Below the pieces are notes generated by a model. That model was not told the DNA's origin. It ran no database searches and saw only the letters and a program-made list of their open reading frames with translations. The translations under genes and the position numbers were made by a program. Shown here piece by piece: positions 11,311-24,623 of a DNA stretch of 64,000 nt (its first letter is position 1; each line of letters starts with the position of its first letter). This DNA comes from Syncephalis fuscata S228 (taxonomy: Eukaryota; Fungi; Zoopagomycota), in the NCBI GenBank assembly GCA_025786725.1, contig JAHLTZ010000001.1, positions 1-64,000 of the forward strand, read 5' to 3'.

Positions 11311-14123
11311 TTAGATTTGTTCAACAATAAATGAAGAATCTGAGCCAAGCATTTCCATTGCATAGATAGCATTGGCCAGACAAGTGTCCGAGTCACTAAA
11401 GCTTCGATTGGTAGTAGGTGCTGGCGTACTAGTATCGGCACCACTGCTTTCATCTCGACTTTCATACTCGCTTGTAAACTCATTGGAGATGTCCTCGTGC
11501 TCGTTATCATCGGCGGCCATGTAGCCTGTTTCCACGCTTTGATTCAAAAGTGGATTAAATGACAAAAGAATCTCGGGCATTTCTTCGCCTTCAGTATCCT
11601 CGACTACAACGTCTGGAATCGAGATTTGTGTAGCGTTGGCGGAAAAATAAGACATAATTGTATTATCGGATAAAACATTAGACGGGTCTTCTACCAATGC
11701 TTCCTCCGGCTCGCGAATGAAACTGGTAATAACATTTGAAGTAATTGAGCTGGTATCAATAGCACGTGGTTTAGACCGATAAGCGTGTGGAGTTATTGGG
11801 GCATTTGATGTCCACGAATTACGTGAACTTTCCGGCTCGTAACGATAGATCCGTGCTGAAGCGGGAAGTAAAGCAGGCGCATGGCCTTGCGGCTGATGAC
11901 TACGCGATAGCATCGACGATGGGGCGACCGAGGCTTGATTTGCAAGTGATTGATCAGTAGATGAGCCATATGAACAGGAAAGGTCTTGCCGTGTTTCACA
12001 TGGCAGCGTACTAGTTGTTTGACTTGTATCCACAAGATAGATAGGTGGCAATCTAGTCTGTTCCAAACTAGCACGTGGCATATTTTGCTGCTGAGCATAG
12101 TTTACTCTTGGTGGCGGTGTCGCATCATCCAAAGCAATCGATACCATGCTGAGATCTTCTTCGTTGTCAGAAGATTGGCTGTTTTTGTTACTTTCGGCCA
12201 AATTATTGGTAATAGTATAGTGGGGATGTGTAGGTGCTTTAGAAAGTGTCGACGAAGTTTGCTGATTCTCTGAATTTTCAGATACACGGTCCATTGGCGT
12301 AAGATGTCCGTACGATTGGGAATTACGTGAGAAATAAGAAGGCGGCTCACTAGGTACAGCCTCATTATGTACTTGACGCATGGTAGATGGCAAAGAAGTC
12401 GTGCGGCGTCGAGGTTCCGAGTATGATCGAGATGATAGCGATGACTCAATAGAACGGTCAGTTGGGTTCATTACACGCAGTAGACTCATGTGGCGTGCCT
12501 GTGCCGGAGAAACACATCCATTAAGAGCAATGGCTGATGCTAGCATGGCCGATTGATGAGCAGTGTAAAAAGAGGCATCATCGTCAAGGGCGACCATACC
12601 AGTTGGTCTTGCCTCTTTGACTCCATTGTACAAATCATATTTACGTGCATAGTACAGATAACGCTGGGGTAGGACATAGATCATAAGCATTTCCAACAAC
12701 AATGTGGCAATTGCTGATAATAAAAGAATGATACACAAATAAATTAATAGTGTAACAAAGCTAAATTGGCCAAAGCTTCCAGTTTGTTGGAAAATAATGC
12801 GAATACTTTGGTAATAGATGGATAGTTAGAAATCAATGTATTAATTATAGTATCAATGAATAACTCACCCTTTGCGTCTAATCTCAGTCACCGTTTGAGC
12901 CGATGTGGGCACTACTTCAACACGATCAGCTTTCATACCGCTGGCCACCTCTACTTGATAAGAATACAATACTTTTTTGTTTTTAGCAAATATATTGGAT
13001 TGATTTTGATAGTCAATGTAAACAGTCAAAACAAGACCATTCTTTCTCGTGTTTTCTATTATAGTGGTCATTAATATTTGAATAATCCAGTAGAACAAAT
13101 AACTTACCATCCAATGATGCTTTGGCTGCCTTCAAAAGCGAATTAATCGATACTTTATTTGACCGTGAGGTTACTGTATTATCAGTGTTGTTTCCTAAAA
13201 TATTATCTTTGGCACCGAAATACTCCAAAAGTTTTAAATCTCCACTGGATTCATCTTTAGAAACCAGTGATCCATCTAGTTGGTATGAATTAAATATCTG
13301 ATTGGTCATTCGATTGCGTATCGTGTGTTCAAGAAGAATCTACAAAGGTTATTGTATAAATATTAGCAATAATAAAAAATATCCACTAAACCAATCCTAC
13401 CGTGTAATTGTCAATAAGGCCAATATAGTAGGAGATCGGCTGACTCATGTTACGGTCGTAGGCACAATCTGAATTACCCTTTAAATTAACTGTAAGTTGA
13501 GGCGAGCTTTGGCTACGCAAGGCGGCTACAGACTGATTTCCTGCCAACAAAGGACGTGTGGATGACAAACAATTGGGACTTATCGTATAGGTATCAAAAG
13601 TGACCGAAGTACTAATAAATAATTCCTGACTACCTGTATCCTGAGTACTAAATGATAGTTAGAAATATAGAGTGACTCGTTTATAAGTTGTATACATACG
13701 CAATTTGATTTGTTGACCAGTAAACACAAGAACGGTTTTGATTGCAGAAAGGATCAGTATTTTTAAAAGCATCGGTCAATTCAAGTGAAGACCGAACTGC
13801 ACCTAATTAAATAATTTCAAGCATCAATGCCGATAATTGCTTTGCACAATAATCACTTACCTGGCACTGGCCGTTCATAGACATTGTATCGTTCGTTAAT
13901 TAATAAATCGCAAATGATAAACGTTCCGATCGTGGCAAGCATAAGCAGTCGCAACACGCCCAAACGGCGATCACGGATCTGTACCATTTTCTTCGTATTG
14001 TAACTATGATTTATAAAGTTATTACAATAGCCTATTTTGGTATTTATTAAATACATTATTTCCTACTTACGAAAAAATACCGTCCCAATCCCATCCACCC
14101 AAACGATCAGCAATAGATACCAT
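11311..14123 (-). CDS. P2X receptor-like ATP-gated cation channel, paralog A (long low-complexity C-tail)
   Basis: Spliced N-terminus MVSIADRLGGWDWDGIFS|YNTKKMVQIRDRRLG (YxTxK motif), then TM1, ERPVPG, pre-TM2 RRKGIRIIFQQTGSFGQFSFVTLLIN, TM2 and YYARK (YxxxK). Confidence 0.85.
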
Positions 14124-14354
14124 TTTAAGAGAAAAAAAAACAATAATAGACACACTGAAATAAACAGATAGAAGTTGATGTACAACAATACACGCGTATG
14201 CAAAGAGCTATCAAAGCAAATACAATAAACAATAAAGCCTACGAGAAATGATCGACCAGCGACCAAATAAATTTGTAATATGACGTGCAAAGCAGCGAAC
14301 AAGGTTTAGAAAACGGAAGGCAAGTAGAAAGATGGAGAGGTAGATGGATAGAAC

Positions 14355-14400
14355 GAGAGAGAGAGGAGAGAGGAGAGAGGAGAGAGGAGAGAGGAGAGAA
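14355..14400. repeat. (GGAGAGA)n heptamer microsatellite upstream of P2X-A
   Basis: gagaggagagaggagagaggagagaggagagaggagagaa. Confidence 0.85.
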
Positions 14401-15136
14401 GTAGTAGTAACAAAGGAAAGTTAGGATAAAAGAAAGCGAGTCTTTGCAAATACACAAGAGATAAATGTACGATGCTCGACAGTAGACAGGTAGACGGGTA
14501 AACCTGTTGAATATAGAGCCGCGTGATTCACAGCAAATGTCTTCAAATGCACGCATGCAGTTTCAAGACAGCAGTACCGCATGCTGCTTTATTGTCATCA
14601 TTGCCTGTTAAACAATGCCACTCTTTCATATGTTGTGACACCATGATTCCAAACAAGGATGCTTTTTGCCATGCAGGTTATGCGTTTATTCAAGTCCTTA
14701 TATTTCATGCTAGTCCGTCTATGACTTTACCTGATTAAACAAAGTTTTAATAGCAACCATTGCTTAAGATTATGTTCAATCGCAATTTATTGCTTTCCTT
14801 TTTATTTAAATTAGTAGTATTTTTGTCACTTAAGGAATTTAATATGATTTGATGGCTAAATGACTAAATTTAATAAAATTTAATCTATTGAATATGATGA
14901 TGGGTAGTGAGTGACATTAAAGTTTAAAATATGCATTATCATAGATTCATTATTCAGTATGCATATATTCTTTATCCATCCATATATTACTTTACTATTC
15001 ATATTATACCTGTATTTCATTACTAATAATATTATGAATTAAGTTTGAATCATTTTTACAAAAGTTAAATATAATTTATATCATAGCAACACAATAAACG
15101 AAAGTTTAACACTATGGACTGGAGCGACATCTACCA

Positions 15137-18100
15137 TTAAGCAATGGTGTTTTCGTATTCATCAACTCGGAATTGTAAACGAACGAGTAAATAGGTAAAT
15201 TCAGGTGTTTCGGTCGTGGTACTATAATTAAGCTGCTCGCAAAGCTCACTTAGTAGCTCGTTGAATTGAATTTCCCGCCGTTGTAAAAGTACATCTTGCT
15301 GCTCGAACCATTCATGAGTAGGAACTATGGGTGCAGAATTTGGTGTAGCGGGGGTCAATTTACGCGCATATCGATCTACGTACGATGCAAATGCTTCACA
15401 GTTCCTCATCATTTTACTATACGTCTATTAAACAAATTAGCTAATAGTTTTGGATAAACTATCGATTTACCTTAAGTAATGTTGCATTAGTAAGCATACA
15501 TCCTTTAAGACAAGTATCGATATAATCGAGATGAAGCGTCATTAATTCATCAACAATATTAACCTTAACCATATCGATTATTAACAATAATAGCTCCGTT
15601 TTTTCTTCTTGTCACCTACCTCTTTTAGCTGCTTCTCTAATTGGCGCCAACTCGGCTCGATCACTTCAGTACATACATAAGAGGTGAACTGTTGCACAAA
15701 CCACAGCATTCGACTACGTAGAGCAAATACGCGAGCATTCCATCGAGCCCGTTCACGTAGTCGCCACGCCGGTCCACGCGCATGCTCCTGCCAAACATGA
15801 CAAAGTAATCGTTCAATATGTTTCACTTGGAATAAATGTCGGAATAAAAGCTGATATTTGGTAATTGCTCGATGTGATATAATTAACGAAAGTGGAAATG
15901 CTACTTGATAATTTAACGAAAAGGCTTCAATACCGGTCAAATTCCTATCATCATTTGTATTGGATGGCGCCATGGCCAATAAAGGATCAGATCTCTCGGT
16001 GCCGCCTTGTCCATTCATCAATTCATCTTCAACTTGTCCTAATGCCAAATGACTAAGCACATTAGTGGCAAAGGTAGCATCGTTATCATCGGCACCCTCG
16101 GCTGTTCGACCCATTACTCGTAGTAGACCATCAACTAGTCGACGACGATTCAACTCCACCTTTAATTCTTCTTTGTATGGATCTAAAGCAGTGGTTGCCG
16201 ATGTACGCAGCACCAGTTCAAGCAGTGATTGAAGTTTTGTGATAGATGTGTCATGAGCCGGCTGTCGTAGTTCTTCGGCAGCCAGATCAAGAAAATGGGT
16301 AAGAAAATCGCATTGATCAAGTAAAAAGTACCGCTTAATAGATCTATTACCATGATATATTACGCATCAAATAATATAATGTTAAATCAAATACCTTAAA
16401 CGACCGTGTAAATTGTGCTCTTTTAATAACATATTTAATAAAGTACGATTAGAATAGCTATATGCTGCTTCAATCGTGCGTAGATATCTGTTAATAGTAT
16501 GATTAATAGCCATTAACAGTCATAACAGCTATTAACACTTACCGAACACCGTTTAGAGCCCGCATTACTTCTCCTTTGGCCGCGGCTAATGTAGCACCAT
16601 CCTTTAGATCTACACCTTGTTCAAGTTCTTCCATTCGTTCATTGGTCGCAATTGATATGCCACACTCTCGAATGACATTCAAGTACTTTCCCGCCAACAA
16701 AATCTTCATCTTTAATGGCTCTAAAAAGGCTGGTACAGCCATATCACGCAATACATAACGCTTCTCCCAATATGTAATCAAACAAAAACAATACAGTTAA
16801 GTCTATTACTATATATCAATCAACCAGTATATACCTATACATATACATATACATATATACATATACATCTAAAGGATATTCATCGAGTAGATCGGGCCGA
16901 GTTGCATCACCTCGTCGTAAATCACGCCGCTCTTGTACCATAAACTCATCATAGGGATCTCTAATCTCCCCATGACGGATCCATGCATCTAACATGCCGA
17001 AATATGGCACTGAAGCGCGTTCTAATAAATGCGAATACAGTTTACGTGTTGTATCATCGCTATATAATATATGGTGTATCAGCAAGAATACTATTTAATC
17101 TACATTTATACTTACCCGCATAGTCTTAACATCCGTTCTGCCAATTTGCCTAATACACCACCACCCTTGGCACGTAATGGTAGAAATACTTCATTCTCTG
17201 CCACTGATGTACGTGTATCTTGATACTCTTCAGTAGTAGTGGCCCGTGCCAATGCATGCACCAATGCACCCAATGCCGCCATGGTACGTAATGATAGGTG
17301 GGCGTGGTACCACAATTTCTGTACAGTAAATTGGCAAGATGGATCACGAAAATCACGCTCTAATTGAGCAATAAGTATTAAATATTCCTATGTAGTAATT
17401 AGTATATTAAATATCATAAATAATACCTATATACATATTTATATACATATATGTATTACATAACACTAATTACCTTCAACATTTCTCGAATAGCTGCACA
17501 TAATGCATGATTGACCAGTCCATATTCAAACTTTGTTCTTGAATCAATAAACGATTGAATAGTCACATAATGTGAGGCCAGCGGTAATACACGACATACA
17601 ATGTCTTTTAATGATGGATCTATTAAACGAATATAAGTAACATTAATATAAATCCTCTATATATCAATTACCAAGTGTATCATCTACATCAAATGTAGCA
17701 CGTTGTAAATCTTCTTCTTCTCCTTCATCAGTTATCATATCAATATATTTCCCTTCAATGCCCTATTATAATACATATATCAATATATCAATATACTAAT
17801 ATATATATTAGTATAAATAATTCTATTACCATCATAACATAAAGTAAATCATCAATAATGGCTTGTTCCTGTAGATGCACCGGTAATGTACCAATAGATA
17901 ACTCCTCTTCTGTATTAAAACCCTATATCAATATTAATATTGAATACTATTAACATTAAATATTTTATTTCTATTTACCTCGTTGGGTAATCGACGCATA
18001 CGTGATTGTAAGGGCGAACAAGTAAATCCAGCTGAATCTTTAACTGCACCTTTAATCTTGGCTTGTGCTCCTGGTGTAAGTCCTTATAACAATACATTAT

Positions 18101-18523
18101 TATTATAGTTACTTAATATATATATATATATATACCAATGATATCCACTATAATCTACTTACGAGGTGCTCCTTTGTATTTACCACCAGAAACAGCCCGT
18201 GTTGTTTGAAATAGTGTCGCCGTTACTTTCTCTAAATCAAATGGTTGTGCACCTGCTGGATATGAAGTACGTACACCACCTGTTCGACTATAAATACCAC
18301 CACTAGCCCGATTGGCGGCAATATAGCCACCGGTTAAATCAATAGGCAGCTCATTAGGATCACTTTCGCCTAGTGTAGCTAGATTTGCTGTAATCTAGTT
18401 CATAATATTAGACTATTAACAAATAGTAACTATAAGGCTTACTTTATTTAAACGCGTCTCGTCTAAAGGTCGTCGAGGTCGCCCAGCTGACGTGGAACGA
18501 CCCGCTAACGGTGAACCATCCAT
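15137..18523 (-). CDS. SPC97: Gamma-tubulin complex protein 2 (Spc97/GCP2), many introns including one AT-AC intron
   Basis: IIDDLLYVM-GIEGKYI, FEYGLVNHALCAAIREML, ASVPYFGMLDAWIRHGEIRDPYDEFMV, KILLAGKYLNVIRECG, FPLSLIISHRAITKYQLLFRHLF. Confidence 0.95.
16774..16879 (-). other. U12-type AT-AC intron in GCP2
   Basis: Minus strand: 5' ATATCCTTTAG, branch-like ACTTAAC, 3' ...GATTAC. Removal gives in-frame LLD-GA|A-TAT-TGG = LLDEYWEKRY. Confidence 0.85.
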
Positions 18524-19103
18524 CAAGTGTGGTTATTACTATTGCTATTACCAGTGGTTATAAAAATAAATAGTAGTAGTAGTAGTATCTACAGACGCGT
18601 CATAAAAGCGAATAGATATAACAATGTTATAGAATAGACTTGATTATCGCTATAGATCCAAACCATAAACAAAAACAACTGTAAAAGAATATATGGCTGA
18701 TGTACTATTGAATAAGTGAGTGAGTAAATTAATGGCTACCAAGGAACCCGTATTATTGTTGTTTTATTTGCACGATCATTTAAGACTGGCTTCTTTATAT
18801 TACAATAAATAGATTATAGATATTGGTATTTGTGCTACAAACAATTGAGTCTTTTTATATATATTCTAAAGTAAACTATTACTCTATTCTCTAATAGATA
18901 GATATTAATAAAATATCTAAAGTGGAATGAAAACGGCAACTCAAATTAAAAAAGCCGATGAACACACTCACACTAAACGCGACTCTTTCTTATTATTAAC
19001 AACACTTTGCTTATTTCAACTTGTTAGTTGATTGTCTAACTATTAGCTTAATTGAGGGATCCTTTTAAATTGTTATTCTTGTTATTAATAGTTTGTATTT
19101 TGT

Positions 19104-20886
19104 ATGGCCGCCTCTCCAACAGCTGTAACGGCCACGCGAGCCGAAGCAGTGGGTCGTAATGGATTCCACAATGATATGTTACCACCATGGCGACTTAGTC
19201 TACGAAGTCTCTTTCTAAAGGCTATCCATGCTGAACAGCCCCTACTCATTTGGCTACAGGTAAACACTACTAGAATACAGATATCATATAGATAGATATC
19301 ATATAGACAGACAGATAGACAGATAGATAGATAGATAAATAGTCTTACCGTTCATACTAGAAACACTATCGTACGCCAAACCGTGATTTATTCTTTACTT
19401 ATACTACTAACTTGGGCACTCATACCTTCTTTCTACTTACTATTCCCGTATTATTTTGGTGTGGCTTTGCCGAAGTGGGTCGTGGGTAAGTATATAATAT
19501 ATATAATATATGTTGTTACTTAACTATGTTATAGATTGGCTATTGTTATGACATTGGGTGTATTTATGACTGGCCTGGCTAAGGTATTCTATAATACATA
19601 TAATACACTCTATAGTAATAACATTATTTACACAGGATCTATTATGTTTGCCAAGACCGCTTTCACCGCCTATTCATCAATTAACGTTTTCCAAGTCACA
19701 TCAACTAGAGTATGGATTTCCATCTACACATACGGCCAATGCTGTCTCTATTGGTCTATTTCTTCTGGCCCAGATCGATCAACGATGGCCCTATGATCCA
19801 CAACACTGGGTCATAAATGTAGATCGATTAATGGTACAGGCTCTAGTGTGGCTCTATATGACAAGTGTTTCATTTGGTCGTCTCTATTGTGGCATGCATG
19901 GTTTAGTGGATGTGGGTGCAGGATTTGTTATTGGTATTAGCGTCTATGAGTTTTGGTATAGATGCTGGTCAGCGATTGAACTGTGGACTATGTCTAGTGG
20001 ATTAATAGGTAAATAACATGTCGTTTATTTAATGAATCTATTAATAATGTTGTATTCTAGTGCCTATTTCAGTTATTGCTCTATGTATTGGACTTATTGT
20101 ATTGCATCCTGATCCGGCTGAACCTTGTCCATGTATTGATGATAGGTGTGGATTGAATAGTAGATTACATAATGTTAATACTGATAACATGCTTAATTAG
20201 TATTGCGGTCATTGCTGTTGATATGGGACTATTAATAGCTACTTGGCATTATCCACAAATGATGCCCTATGTAACACCACAAGGCAGTATTCCATTCAAC
20301 TATGCTAAACTCGGATTAGTTGGCAGTATTGCCCGTATTGTATTGGGTAAGCTATTACAAGAGGTTGGTACATATTTACCATTGCTCATCTATCTACTAG
20401 GAGTATTGATTGTTTTTACATGGCGATTGGCCGTTAAATATACTTGTTACAAAGTATTGCCTCCGCTTTATCGGGCGGGTCGATTTCCATACCGTAAATT
20501 CTATACACCTGCATCGTATGTGTTTAATAACACGCCATTAACCAATCTAATTCATCTATACTAGATCCTATACTTATCCTCCATCAAGTGAAATTGAACG
20601 CTGTCCGTCTATTATCAATGTACCCTCTAAAGTAGTAGATCGAATGGGCACAAGTGAAGTAGATGTTATTCGTAGTAATAGCGATCTACATCAACGTCAA
20701 CATGAATCGAACAAGAAACAAGACACTTTAACAACAAATACAAATAACTCTACTATCCAAATGACTTGGACACCTAAACCGCGATATGACATCGATATTG
20801 TTACAAAGATTGTTGTCTATGCCGGGGTTGGTTGGTGGGCCATGGAGGGTGTGCCACTACTGTTTCCATATATTGGACTTAATTAA
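19104..20886 (+). CDS. Sphingoid long-chain-base phosphate phosphatase (LCB3/YSR3/SGPP1-like, PAP2 family)
   Basis: PAP2 motifs K|DLLCLPRP, EYGFPSTH, FGRLYCGMH; also PDPAEPCPCIDD and PRYDIDIVTKIVVYAGVGW. Confidence 0.9.
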
Positions 20887-20986
20887 TACATAAAGAATAT
20901 AATAATGAGCAATATGCATATACGTTTAAATCTATTTTATTAATTATAAACACTCTATATCAGATACTAATAGACTTTAGCTTGCG

Positions 20987-21653
20987 TTACTGGTGATGGA
21001 GGTGTCTTATTACCATTACCATTGTTATTACTAGAACAGTATTTGTAGATGGTTTCTGTCCTGTTAGTTGATTCATACCATTAGGCGATTGAAGCTGTTT
21101 AACCTGAGATGGATTAGTGGGTGGATTATTAGTCGGTGGTACTGTGGCGGGTGTATTTTGTTTTTGTTCTTTGTTAACATTGTTGTTATTGTTAGTAAAT
21201 AGACCTTGGGATGTATTAGGCTGATTAGGTTGATTAGGTTGAGTGCCACTTTCTGTATCAGATTTCATTTGAGTATTTGCTTTGGCCACCGATTCTTTAG
21301 TTGACACTTCATTACGGGTCTGAAGTGGATTATTACGATGTCCATCATCATTAGATGATCGACAATGATTTGGATCGCCAATATGTGTATTCTTAGCACA
21401 AACTAGGCCTTGAGAGCATGTTTGTTTTATAACAACATTGTTTTTGGAACAGATTCGGTAGTTTGTTTTATCAATGCCTGTTCAATTATTAGTATTACAT
21501 TAATAATAGCTATTACGATTGCTACTTACAACCGAAAAATAACTCGGGTGTACCACATTTAGTGCCCACATCAGGAAGTTGTCCAAATACTGATCCAATA
21601 GAATGGCCACTTAATAACACAAGTGCCAATATTAGCCATGGTTGTTGAAACAT
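20987..21653 (-). CDS. Small secreted protein with 6-Cys chitin-binding-like module (CBM14/CBM19-like) and N/P/Q/T-rich tail
   Basis: Signal peptide MFQQPWLILALVLLSGHSIGSVFG; spliced module CGTPELFFG|CIDKTNYRICSKNNVVIKQTCSQGLVC...C. The C-terminus may be frameshifted (alternative stop ~20965). Confidence 0.6.
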
Positions 21654-21720
21654 GTTAATAATAACTATAAACAGCTTGTAAAGTATAAGAATAGAATACT
21701 GCTATTGAATAGACTATGTT

Positions 21721-21724
<4 letters not shown>

Positions 21725-21767
<43 letters not shown>
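21725..21767. repeat. (TAA)n microsatellite
   Basis: Long perfect TAA run; source of the spurious poly-Tyr ORF. Confidence 0.95.
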
Positions 21768-21768
<1 letters not shown>

Positions 21769-22670
21769 TCTGTATAGTAATCTATTATATAAACGCACTG
21801 TAGCTATACAATGAGTACAAGTAGAGTTAAACAAGCAAGCAGACCACAATAAGAAAGAAAGGAGAGCAGCAATAATGGCAAACTTGTTATTGTTCATATC
21901 CATTCATATCCACGCGGTTCAATTGCCTTTGATGCATACCTCGCATGCGTGTAACCATGATTGATCCAATAGTTGATAAGAACTATAGATATTTAGTTGT
22001 ATATCTATAAGCGTAATTTATATAAAGATACTATAATTGTAATTATAATAAAGAAGATTGTAATCAAATTGCGGAAGCTACTATACTTTGGCTTTCATTT
22101 TTATTTACTCATTTCACTTTTTCTCAACACTTTTAAATACAATTAAACACTTATTCAGCACTATAAATGTATAGTATTGCATCCAACATTAATTAATTCA
22201 TATGTAATTATTAATATAATAATGTAGTTAATTAGCTATCTTTATTATTGCTTCAATATATATATACATTGTTATTATAATATTAATTTTACATTATAAA
22301 TATGTCCAAAATACAATAATATAATATTAGAAAATAAAAGAGACCATTCAGATGCAACAACAACAAATGCAAAATGACATGGAATCGCAATCATATGGCT
22401 TTTATTAATATTCAATCAATCTTTCTATACATGGCCAACAACAATAATCCATTTCAACTGTTTCAAAGCAATCAAATAGTATGTTACATTATGTATCTAA
22501 ATTAATTTATTAACAATATTTTAATAAAAAGCAATATAGTTATGTTGCGTATAACAACATAATAGCCTCTATTAAAACGAATTTTACCTTGAGGACTCAA
22601 AACGTAAAGTAAAAATCTAATTTAGTTAACTGTCTTTTCTTTTTCTACTTATTGTTTTCTTCTATCCATT

Positions 22671-23717
22671 ATGAGTCTCTGGGTTGATAAGTATAAGCCA
22701 AAGGAATTGGCTGCATTATCATGCCACTCGGCCTTGTCCTCTCAGCTTACACGTCTGGTATTATTGAAGCCTTTATATAAATATTAATTATTAATAATGA
22801 CGCGTTATAGGCCCAATCTAACGATTTACCTCACTTGTTATTCTATGGGCCTTCTGGCGGTGGTAAGAAGACGCGTATTCTGGCTGTATTACGCGAATTG
22901 TATGGACCAGGTGTTGAAAAGGTAAATAGCTATTGTATAAGCAATACAAATGACTAAATGTTTACGTCTATGTAGATCAAGCTTGACACGCGTACATTTA
23001 CCACGCCTTCAAACCGTACACTAAGTGTGGCTATTACATCAAGTCTATACCACCTAGAGGTAACGCCAAGGTGGGTAAAGTGCGTATTACGCCATTTAAG
23101 TACCACGATTGGCAATATAGAATAGCTAACTATAACATATAATATATACGTACAATATATTAACTATTTATTAGTGAGGTGGGCTTTTATGATCGGCTAG
23201 TAATCCAGGATTTGATTAAAGAAATTGCTCAAGCACCACAACTAAACGCACATGCCCATCGACGATTTAAAGGTAAATATATTTGTATTTGTATATTGTA
23301 TATTACTAAACTATATTTTGTTTTAGTTGTGGTCATTCACGAAGCGGATACATTAACTCGAGATGCGCAAACCGCACTACGTCGTACTATGGAACGATAT
23401 ACCAATAATCTACGTATTATTCTTTGTTGTAACACTACAAGTCGTATCATCTCTCCCATTCGTAGTCGATGTCTACTTATTCGTGTAGCCGCACCTTCTG
23501 AAGATGAGGTAGATTATATTATAGTAAAGCTATTTATAATATTAATATACATTTATAGATAAGTAAAGTGTTACAAGATGTGGCCAGTAAAGAGAATATT
23601 ACATTGCCTGATGCTTTGGCCAATCGAATTGCTCTTCAATCAGAACGCAATCTACGACGAGCTCTACTAATGTTTGAAGCAGTTTATTCACAAAATAAGT
23701 AAGTTGTATATCTATCG

Positions 23718-23748
<31 letters not shown>

Positions 23749-24345
23749 TTCATTTTATTGACTATTGATATAGCGATCAAGCATTAACAAGCAATCAAAC
23801 TATACCATTAGCAGACTGGCAGGAATATATTGAAGAATTGGCAGCAAGTATTGTACAGGAACAGACGCCACAACGGTCAGTATGATAATAAAACGATAAT
23901 ATATCGTGAATATTAATGGTACAACTACATAGATTACTTCAAGTACGTAGTAAATACTATGAACTTATTGCCCATTGTATTCCACCCAGCGTTATACTTA
24001 AAGTAATTAGCTATTCAGTAATAAGATCAACGTTTATACTAATTTTTATAATAGGAATTGGCATTTGCTTTAATGAAAAACGTTGATGATCAATTAAAAC
24101 CAGACATTATTACTCAAGCTGCCTTTTATGTAATTAATTAATTAATTAATTAATTAATAATATGTCAACTAATTAATTATATATTATTAGGACCATCGAC
24201 TACAATGTGGTCAAAAGGCCATCTTTCATTTAGAAGCATTTGCCGCACAGTTTATGAGTACATACAAACGGTAAATATACAATAGAATCAATTAAATCAA
24301 TACTAATTTATGTATATTAGTTATTTAATTGATTTCTATGGATAA
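22671..24345 (+). CDS. RFC5: Replication factor C small subunit (yeast Rfc5 / human RFC3)
   Basis: [73 protein letters not shown]. Confidence 0.95.
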
Positions 24346-24623
24346 TTCATTCATTCATCTCTATCTCTAATTGTGTGTGTGTGTTTACTACAAGTTATTA
24401 AAGCTTTTATTTGAATTAATCATTGTTATTGTTATTATTAAATACTAAGATTGTTTTATTAATTGTTCTTTTTAATAGATTATTGGTTATTGGTTATTTA
24501 TCATTGTTGATAGTGCTATTATCACTATAATCGATTAATAGTGACATAGTATGAATACTAATAAGAATAGAAATAATGAATGAATAGATGGATGTATAAA
24601 TGATAGTAACTATAAGATGACAA

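Noticed and set aside
18595-18600. ACGCGT (MCB-like) upstream of SPC97
   Set aside because: A single hexamer that also occurs in coding and other regions; not enough to call.
21655-21903. Poly-Tyr ORF
   Set aside because: Translation of a (TAA)n microsatellite.
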